Source: the human T2T-CHM13v2.0 reference genome, Homo sapiens. From it: 64,000 nucleotides of DNA. Location: the NCBI RefSeq assembly GCF_009914755.1, contig NC_060930.1. One strand, 5' to 3'. The translations under genes and the position numbers were made by a program. Below the pieces are notes generated by a model, which had not been told where the DNA came from, ran no database searches, and worked only from the letters and a program-made list of their open reading frames with translations. Below are positions 51,407-64,000 of the stretch, piece after piece. The stretch's first letter is position 1. Each line of letters begins with the position of its first letter.

Positions 51407-52995
51407 AATTTCTGACTATTCTATCACAATTATTCTAAGACCTAAACTTTAGAAGCATTATGTCGAGTCCTAAAAAAGAATATCCATTCAAATTTTGTGA
51501 TTACATTACATTTAAAGATCAATATGGGGAGAAATGACATCTTACCAAGAATTCAAACTCTATTAAAATCTGTATGTGCCACTATGGACTTTTAAAGTTT
51601 TCTTCCTACAGGTTCTGTATATTTCTTTATATTTTTCCCTCTGTATATTTTCTGTTGCTAATGTAAATTATACTTCTCTATCCATTTTTAAAAAGCTTTT
51701 ATTTTTGCATTTTATAACTGGTCACCTTCCTAAACCTTTATTATTTCTAATAACTTCTCAATTAACTGAGTTTTCTCATTAATTTTATTTCCACGTATTG
51801 ATAATTTTGTCCCTGTTTTGTCATTCTTTCTATATCTCCTTTGTATCAACTGTATTGACTAGCATATTGGTAAAATCTTAAATAGGCACCCTAATTATCT
51901 CAATGTTTCACCACTGCTGATGCTTTATGTTTTTCATGTTAAGGAAGCATCCTATTTCTGTTTTAGTAAGAGCTTTAGTCAAGGATAAATGTTGAATTGT
52001 ATTAGTTTTTTAATACCTTTACTGCTTGATTTCTTAATATTGACTATATTTCTATAATAAAATCCAATGTCATGTTTTATACTTTCAGTGTAATGTTAGA
52101 CTGCATTTGGTAATAATTCATTTACAATGTTTGCATTAATATTCAAAAGTGAGACTGTTTTTAGTGTTCCCTTTGCTAGATTTTTCTGTGTTATCATGGC
52201 TTCATAAAGAGAATTAGAAAGCTTTTCTTCTTTCTGTATGAAATGGAACAATTTCAAAAGGAGATTCTCTTGAAAGATGGAAAGTATTTACCCATGAAAT
52301 AACACATAGCTCTTGGGTAATACTCTTAACTTGCTTTGGCTTTCAAATTTAAAACCCTGGAGATAACCCAAAAGTACCCCTGGGTTTACTTTTCTCATTC
52401 CTAATTTTGTATTTTTGTATCATTCCTTTTTCCCCTGATTTAACTAGCAGTAGTTTGGTCTACTGTTTTTATTTACTCTAAGAATTAGCTTTTATAATTT
52501 TTTTCCTTTTAATATATTAGCATCGTTATCTATTTTAAGTCTGTTTCTTTAGGTTTATTTCATGTTTCCTTCTTAATATTATTAAATAGAATATTTCTAT
52601 TATCTCTCAATTATTCAGGATATTGATTTTCTAATACATTCAAGCTTTGGTTACATTCCATATATGGTACTATTATGATGTTATTTTCTAGATAGTAAGT
52701 AACTGTATTTTCAGTTTCCTGTGGATACCAATAAAGTATCCACAGTTAGTTTTGTAGTTTTTATTTTTGTTACTTGTTCATTAATGCATTCAATTAACCA
52801 GCAAATACTTAGTGCCCTTCTAGTTCATTTTGGTCACAGACTGTGTTTTGTTCTACCTCAACTACACTGTGGTTTGCTAATTAATTTCATCCCCACAGAG
52901 TCATTTTATGTTTTTAAAAAGATAAATTTCACAAACATTTTATGAGTTTTCCTCACAGAACTCTGTATGGAGAATAAACTAAAAAACTTTATAAA

Positions 52996-53129
52996 TACTG
53001 CATTTCATCAAATTTAAGATTACATCTAGGATTCATCATTATTTCATATGCTATGAAAGCAACTGCCATGCTGATTTCAAAGATGTTAAAGTGTGAAAAC
53101 GTGCATCTTAGAAGCATGAAATATAGCAT
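52996..53129 (-). mobile_element. MER104-like Tc2 relic
   Basis: Inverted ends ctgcatttcatcaaatttaagat / atcttagaagcatgaaatatag. Confidence 0.5.
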
Positions 53130-53646
53130 ATTTAATATCAATTGCCCTCTTTCACCAAATTCACCTAAGACAATGGCCTTTCATAATCTTTTCGTTTGTT
53201 TTTCCAGAATTGTCTTGTCTTCCACACTCGTTACCTTTTCCAGATAAGAAACTCCATGACTGCTCAAGGGATTTGAGCAAGGCAAAGTGGTCCCTTCTTT
53301 TAGGACTACTTGAATTGGGAGAAAAGAATAGTTTCAAAGAAGTACACTTAACTTTATAATAATTTTATATTTGAAAAGTGAAAACATATTTTTAGAATGC
53401 TATGAATAAATGAAAGCATAATGAGAACACTATTGAAAATAAGGCAGGATCTTTTTTTTTTAAGTTGAAAAACTGAAAAATCAACAGTCAGCTACTTGTC
53501 AATTCTCTCAGCTTCTTTCAGAGTTTATCAGAATATCTCTTCTCCACTACCTAAACTTTTTTTTTCAGGAGCTCTAACTCCAATACCTAAACTTTCGATA
53601 CTTTAATTTTGCCCAAGCAATATTTCAGTGTGTGAAAACAATGCAA

Positions 53647-53712
53647 CATATATACACACACATATATATATACATACACACACACACATATATATACACA
53701 CACACACACATA
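53647..53712. repeat. (TA)/(CA) compound microsatellite
   Basis: Read directly. Confidence 0.85.
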
Positions 53713-54339
53713 TGATCAGTGGTAAAGCTTCTTTAACATGTCATCTCCACAGAATCACTTTATAGCAAGAGGAAAACCTGCTTTTCCTTAAATAGGTTAC
53801 TGAGTTCATTGTTTCTTTTTTTCTCTTTGCAAAGGGCTAAAAAATGAACATCAGGAACAGATCCTATTCACAGAATCGAAATTTAAATTACTTACTAATG
53901 CTTTCTTAGCATAAAAAATTATACCAAGATACCTTGTCAAATTCTGTTCATCTTTCAACTATACAGTGGAAAGCCTACTCAAATGTTCAATTTACCCCAT
54001 AACGCACCTTCCTGCCTGCTTAAACAAATGTATTTAGGGATAAATGTTTTTAATATTATTCTAGCTCTCACATGGTCACTGACAGAAACAAGAACTTATT
54101 CATGAAAAAGGTTAAAGAAACAGGTAAACAAAGTCACTGGAAAAATAGGCCTTTAAAACAAAATATAAAGCACAGGCTAATGAAATGGATAAATTTAGAG
54201 GGCACCTGCCCTATACCTTATCAATATAAAACTCCATCTAGACATAAAGTACGCGCAAGAAGCGGTTAGTAGGCAGAAACAAGCCAGACTCTCTCCTCTC
54301 CTCATAATATTAAATCCACTCAAGATATACAGTGAATGA

Positions 54340-55235
54340 CAAAAGACCACGACGCCGATCACCCGAAGAAACCCCAGGTAAAAGCACGCCACAACTGTCC
54401 TGAACAGGTAGCCTCACAGTCTTGAGCTGAGTCACACTTCCCGTACCTGTGCCCACTCTATCCGACCCCCCGCGGCCTAGCTAAACCAAGAATCCGAAAT
54501 TAAACTCCGAAACGTTCCTTCCCGGGAGACGAAACTCTCTCCCACCCCTCCCCCTCACAGATCCTTCCCTCCCCGAAACTGGGGCTGGGGGCGGGGAGGG
54601 GAGTCGCCTCAGAAAAGCGCATCTTGATTCTGGCCGCTGCGGTCTCCCGTGAGGACCCCGGCACTCGGAACTGAGCTGGGATCCAGGCCCAGGGGAGTCA
54701 CAGGCCCCGTCCTCACAGCTCCCCCAAAAACCGGCCCCAGGTGAGAAGACGGAAGATCGCTTACTAGTGGGAGCTCTGCCAAAAGTTCCCTGCCATGGAA
54801 CACAGCTTGCCCTGATAAAAAAGCACCAGCCGGCGGAGCGGCCCGCGGAGCGACCATAGACCCAGCCCGTCCGGTAACCGCGCTCCTCGATCAAATCAGC
54901 TCGGCTCGACTCCGCTCCGCGGCGGCGACGGCGAAAGGAAGAGGATGGCCCCCTAGTCTCCTTCACGCCGGCCGACAACACTCAACTGTGCAAACCCGTT
55001 CCTATCGACAAAAGTTCCGGCCCGCGGTAGCGGAGGGAGCCGGAGGGGAGGTGCTGACCCTTGGAGGTGCTGAGATTGAAGAGAACTAGTGTTCACGAGA
55101 GCTCGCGGCGGTTGGAAGGCTCTCGCGAGAGCGTCTTGAGAATTCTGGCCGGGGGCCCAAGCCGCTCGGTCTCCTGTCTTCAGCACGGGAGTGGCTGAGT
55201 GGGTCTAACCTAGGCGAAGTGGCTCAGATACGGGG
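54340..55235. promoter_or_regulatory. CCNC: CpG island promoter of CCNC with perfect TCTCGCGAGA palindrome (55121-55130)
   Basis: CpG-dense around exon 1; motif read directly. Confidence 0.85.
54765..54796 (-). CDS. CCNC: Cyclin C exon 1 coding part (MAGNFWQSSH)
   Basis: ATG at 54796-54794; donor CTA|gtaagc. Confidence 0.97.
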
Positions 55236-55375
55236 TTCTGTTATTACCTCTTCCAGGACTTCAAAAACAGAACAATGTGGCATTGTAATAAAGTACAAGG
55301 TTTTGTGACTTATTTTTCCTGTGATTGGAAAGAGAAATAAATGAAGATGACTTTGTTCTCAGGGATCAAGTGTTC

Positions 55376-56385
<1,010 letters not shown>

Positions 56386-56920
56386 CCGCGATCTTAATGG
56401 AGTTATTTTGGAGTGATAAAGTGCAAACTTACAGAGCAGCGGAATCAACAGTTTTGCAGAACATCTAAAAATATTCATGCATATATGTATGCACATGTAT
56501 GTACATGTATGCACCTAATAGAAACATACTGCAAAAAAAGCCATAATTTAATTTTACAAGACGAAATATTTTGTATTTTCCATTTCATTTTCATTGTAGC
56601 AATGCATTTATTGTAAAACTTATAATTATTTTTCTAAATAATTGGACACTCCAGAAACTTGTTTATAGACAGTCAGCATCTGAGGCAACTTAAGACAGTA
56701 TTTTTCACATTGTAGGTGGAGACCAATTAGGGTGTGGTAAAATTAAGTATAATCATTTTCCTAAATAGAACAGAAAATACTAGGTAAATCAGAAATAGCA
56801 AGGATATTATATTTAAATTTGGTTCAGTTATATATGTGTGTATATACATACACAAACACACATATACACACACAGTCAAGATGTGAAATGCATTTGTTTG
56901 TATGTGAGAATTAGTCTGCA

Positions 56921-57226
<306 letters not shown>

Positions 57227-57601
57227 TTAGTCTGGATAAGCTACACTAGGTGAAATTGTGGTAACACCTCCCCACCCCCACCCCTAATCAGCATAGCTTA
57301 ACATCAAAGTATTTTACATGTCATACGTCACTCCCATAAAGTCCCATAAAGTCGGCTTGCTCTCCTTGGTGGTTGTCTTCCAGATTTTCAAGAATGTAAT
57401 ATTTATATATCCTTCAATTACTCCATCTTGATGGTCTTTACTTCTAGGTTTAAAATCTTTCTAGAGAGAGCACAGAGGACTCATACTAACTCTTACCCAG
57501 GGTTAAGAGCCTTGAAACAGAAACAACCCAATCACTTTCTCTCATGGGCCATTGACCAGAATAGACACATGCCTCCAATTTTTAACTGTGAAGAAAGCTG
57601 A

Positions 57602-57935
<334 letters not shown>

Positions 57936-57983
57936 TCATGAACACTACTGTCTGTTACACTACAGATCACAATAGAAAATATT

Positions 57984-58366
<383 letters not shown>

Positions 58367-58514
58367 TCAGGATTTCTTCAACTCTCTCAGGGTTTGTTTT
58401 GTTTTTGTGAAACTGGCATCATCCAGAAGATAAGGATACTGCAACGAATTAGTATTACTAATGTTTTATTCTAAGCGATCCTATTATACTTTGTTGCTAT
58501 TACTGGACTAGCAC

Positions 58515-58798
58515 TTTTTTTTTTTTTTTTTTTTTTGAGGCAGAGTCTTGCTCTGTCACCCAGGTTGGAGTGCAATGGCTTCAGGCGATTCTCCTACCTT
58601 AGCCTCCCAAGTAGCTGGGATTACAGGTGCCTGCCACCATGCCCAGATAATTTTTTTTTTTTTTTTTTTTTTGTATTTTTAGTAGAGATGGGGTTTCACC
58701 ATGTTGGTCAGGCTGGTCGCAAACTCCTGACCTCAGTTAATCCACCCACCTCAGCCTCCCAAAGTGCTGGGATTATAGGCATGAGCCACCGTGCCCCG
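58515..58798 (-). mobile_element. Alu with internal deletion
   Basis: Alu consensus. Confidence 0.85.
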
Positions 58799-59514
58799 CA
58801 ATTTTGTTTTATACCTAATTCTGCACTCTTCTTCCTACAAAACAGTGAGATCCTTCATCTTTGTATAAATCTCTTATAGAATTTGGGGGATGTGCTTTGA
58901 TATAACATTACGGATACAAAATTATGTTGAAAAGTGAGTACTACATTTAGAATGCAAAAAGAGCCACAACAACTTACTAGAGCTGTGGAAATTCAGGTCC
59001 TTTCCTTCTGTGAACTCTTTTAGGCAATTTACCACAAGTGCTACATAGAACCTCTTCCTGTTTGTGACCTGGTTTCTGCTTCCACCAAATGCCCAGCAGC
59101 TCCCAGTGCTCATGGGGGCTGTGCAAGTGACAGGCCTGGAGCTTAGGCTTCCTTAGTTTCAGAGTAAATTGCTTTTGAGGTCATTCTATAAATGTAGGTT
59201 GAATTAAATTGACTTGAACCAAAAGCTAACTTCATTTAAGGATATCTCTAGTGGAATAGATAAATTTACAAAAGCTGTTAAAATACATAGATATCCCAGC
59301 TTACCTGGATGCAAAAAGATCATGAGCTATCTAGCAGATTTGCCTTTTTTCGCTGATGATTTTTTAAACTTTTCTTTATAATTTTAGGAGTATTGTTTTT
59401 CAGACCTCACTACCCACTAATTTAAACTTGATGAAATAAATTAATGTTGTCCCTTCCAATTTTCAACTTACCTTGTGCTTTTCAAATGGGATGAGTTCAA
59501 TAAATTCTTTTTAA

Positions 59515-59700
59515 AAAATTTTTTATTTTTCATTTTTGTGGATACATAGTAGGTGTGTATATTTATGGGGGTACATGAGCTATTTTGATACAGGCATGCA
59601 ATGAGTAATAATCACATCAGGGTAAATGGGTATCCATCATCTCAAGCATTTATCCTTTGTGTTACAAACAATCCAATTATACTCTTTTAGTATTTTAAAA
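59515..59700 (-). mobile_element. L1 3' end (L1MA-like)
   Basis: tgatacaggcatgcaatg...ctcaagcatttatcctttgtgttacaaacaatccaattatactc. Confidence 0.8.
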
Positions 59701-60192
59701 TGTTAATAAATTCTTGATGCTAGTGTTCAATCTCCTGTGACAAGAAAGCATTTATCCTTTTTCTTCTTACAGTGCTTTCTCCAGCAGCATGAATACTATT
59801 TCTGGTAAACTAGGAGCTAGAAGGTTAGTGGCTTTATCAAGCTCACTTAGTTAAATAGCGGCAAGAATACCTGGAATCCGATTCTTCTGATTCACAGTGC
59901 AATAACTTTTTTATCCAACTAGACAGCTTCAACAGAACTACTATGATGAAACCGCTATAAGCACATTATTCCAAGTTTGTAGTACAAGTTTTTCTTCTCA
60001 AACACAATTATTGGAGATAATCCTCTCATTTTTAATTAAATTATTATCATAATTACTTTGCTTTGTTATTAATAGTCCTTATTGTGAAAAACATCCTCTT
60101 CTTTATGTAGTCATCCCCTGTACCTCCCTTTATTTTTGTTCTGGTATACCTGTATTTGTTGAAGATGAATACACGTCTAAATTATGGAAAAG

Positions 60193-61030
60193 TGTCTTTG
60201 TTTTGTGCTATAAGAGAATAGCACAGACTGGGTAATTTATAATTGTCAACCAAGATAACAGAGAGAGGCTCTCTAAAAGAAAATGATCTTTATTTAGGAA
60301 TAGGGCATTGCAATAGGAGTATGTGCACCCTTAGTAAACTACATGGGTATTTAGGGAGGTGAAGGAACACAAAGGGTTTTAAAGAAAAAATGAAAAGGAT
60401 TACATAATTGTTTTGAGATAAGTTAGCCATGGCTACAAAGATCAATTACAAAGGTGACACCAGTCCAAGATTAGATAGGCAGTTGCTGGGCAGATATCCT
60501 CACAGAAATACTGTTTTGCGTACAAGGTTGCTGTGGTGTTTGTGCAATGTTATGGTTTTTGCAGCATCTTTTGTGATAGTTTTTGTTACCAGGCATTTAT
60601 TTGTGAGAACCCTTCCTTCATGGCCCTTTGAGGCTCTATTTTTTATTTTTGTTTTTTAACACAAGTGACTCCATTTTGATCTTGACAACTTTCACATAAT
60701 GAACAGAAATGTATTAGCTCATGGGTTCTTGAGGCTGGGAAGTCCAAGATTGAGGGGCTGGCATCTGGTGAAGGCCTTCTTGCTACATCATCCCATGGCA
60801 GAAGGACAAAGAGAAGGTGAGAGAGAGAGAGAAAGAGAGAGAGAGAGCAAGACGGGGCCAAACTCATCATTTTATAAGGAACCCATTCCCAGGATAACAG
60901 CATTAATCCATTCATGAAGGCAGAGGCCTCATAGCCTAATCACTTCTCATTAGGCTCCACCTCTCAACATCATGACATTGGAGATCAAGTTTTCAACATG
61001 TAAACTCTGAGGGCATATTCAAACTGTAGT
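60193..61030 (-). mobile_element. MaLR MST-type LTR interrupted by an ERV1 LTR
   Basis: agactgggtaatttataat...gaacagaaat...gaggctgggaagtccaagat. Confidence 0.75.
60244..60696 (-). mobile_element. ERV1 solo LTR (MER65-like, MER4 group)
   Basis: TG...CA ends, 4-bp TSD taat; minus strand starts tgtgaaagttgtcaagatcaaaatggagtcac. Confidence 0.7.
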
Positions 61031-61873
61031 ATAAAGTGTATTAGTTAAGAACTCAGTCTCTAGACTGATGAGGTTCAAATAATAGCTCTGCTGCTTACCA
61101 GTTGTCTAACCCTGGTCATCTACTTAGTCACTCTGAGTCTCAGTTTCTTCATCTGTAAAACAGGGATAATTATTGGTAAGTCATAGGGTTGTGGTGAAGT
61201 TTAAATGAACTTAAATGAAATTAGAGCAGTGCCTGATACATAGTAAAAGCTCAATAACTGTTAGCTTTTTTTAAATTTAGAACAAATCTGGACTCTATAA
61301 CATGGACTATAAAGAACTCTGTTTTCAGAGATGAGGAAGATCTCTTTGTATCTAGCTTCATACAAGGAGGAACATGCTCTGTCTTTTAAGACAAGCCTTT
61401 GACACTGTAATGCAGTTGTATTCTGCAGGGAACAATAATCAAATATGTTGGGTTACAATATGCCAGCTTACTCATGCCATTAGATATTTGTTCTGCCCTG
61501 TACACTCCTAGATTTGGTGTCCCCAGACATTTGGAGTGATTCCAGAATTCACCTTTCATTTTTGGTTAGTCTAGAATGGCCTTTGAGAGAACAAAATGTA
61601 TCAATAAGAAATCTTAGAGCCAGATCTCTTCAATCCTATTGTCTGGAGATTCCCAGGATCAAGAAATGGCCTGCATACAAGATTTGCCAGAACAAGAAGT
61701 GTCCAAATAATTGGTGAACACCAATCAAGGTGATCCAGCTGGGGAAGCCTGTCTGGATTGTGATGTAACTAAAAGTTTACACCAAGTTATTATATTAGTT
61801 TGCTTTAAAAGATGGTGAAAGGAAAATTTATGGAATCCATAAATAGAGGTCAGAAAGATCAAATTTTGGCAGG

Positions 61874-63230
<1,357 letters not shown>

Positions 63231-63569
63231 GTGTCTTCAGATTGTTAATCAGCTCTGGCCCACAGACTTAAGTATCTAGGCTCTTCAGCAAGTATGTTCT
63301 TAGGGTACAAGTTGATGTATCAGATTGTTATAACTTGATAGCACTAACTTCAACCAACTTCTATTGATCTAATTTTGTACTTATGAAGCAATCTTTCAAT
63401 AATAATTTGGTTTCCCACATTAATTTGCCTATGGAAATATAATGCTATGAGCAGTAAAAAAGTATTTAATCAATTGGCAATTATCTTTATAAATCAATTA
63501 ATTTGTATTGTTTTTTCTTTTTTTTTAACTGTAATCTCATGACAGATTATATATTAGGTTTTTTGCAGG

Positions 63570-63700
63570 TTTTTTTTTTCACAGATGGGGGTCTCACTAT
63601 GTTGCCCAGGCTGGTCTCAAACTCCTGGGTTCAAGTGATCCTCCTGTCTCAGCCTCCAAAAGTGTTGGGATTTATGGGTATGAGCCACTGCACCTGGTTG
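63570..63700 (-). mobile_element. Alu monomer (FLAM-like)
   Basis: Left arm only. Confidence 0.75.
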
Positions 63701-64000
63701 GGTTTTTAATGTATGAGTTTCTATGAGCTTGATCAATGTATTTACACCCAAGAGATAGACTAGACTTAGTAATCTGGCAGCTCATGTTTCTGAGTCTGCA
63801 AAAATAAAGACCAGATCTGCAAACTCTGGGGAAGTCTATCTGTCTAGTGGTCTTCTGAAATGATTGATTTTGAGGTACTTTTCAAACTAAAGCTCAGAAT
63901 GGATCTCACTTTCTGGCTATAAACTGGATACTCCCCTAACTTCTTTCATTATGTTATTTATCCCTGCAGCATTGGCCAATTCTCTTCTTTGTTTTTATTC

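Noticed and set aside
54481-54981. 166-aa minus-strand ORF at the CCNC promoter
   Set aside because: Not in the cyclin C frame, non-ATG start, crosses the exon 1 donor; CpG-island artefact.

Overview
Human (primate) genomic DNA, Alu-rich, recognisable as the USP45-TSTD3-CCNC interval of chr6q16. From left to right: a CpG-island promoter with a non-coding first exon on the minus strand (USP45 by locus order; none of its coding exons is in the window); the four-exon rhodanese gene TSTD3 on the plus strand; the complete 12-exon cyclin C gene CCNC on the minus strand (exons sum to 852 nt = 283 aa + stop, all GT-AG); and an RPS3 processed pseudogene inserted in an MLT1 LTR. There is also a Y1 RNA retrocopy, about 45 Alus, and MaLR/ERV LTRs, DNA-transposon relics and L1/L2/MIR fragments. 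Almost all entries in the ORF track are Alu or low-complexity artefacts. I find no wholly new biological system. The best leads are: (1) TSTD3 looks like a decaying gene (1-nt frameshift, catalytic Cys to Tyr, second nonsense codon, GG to RG in the C-terminal motif); (2) CCNC has an alternative C-terminal exon, an overlapping uORF and a TOP-like start; (3) two clear template-switch or snap-back scars. Repeat family names come from recalled consensus sequences, and repeat boundaries are approximate.
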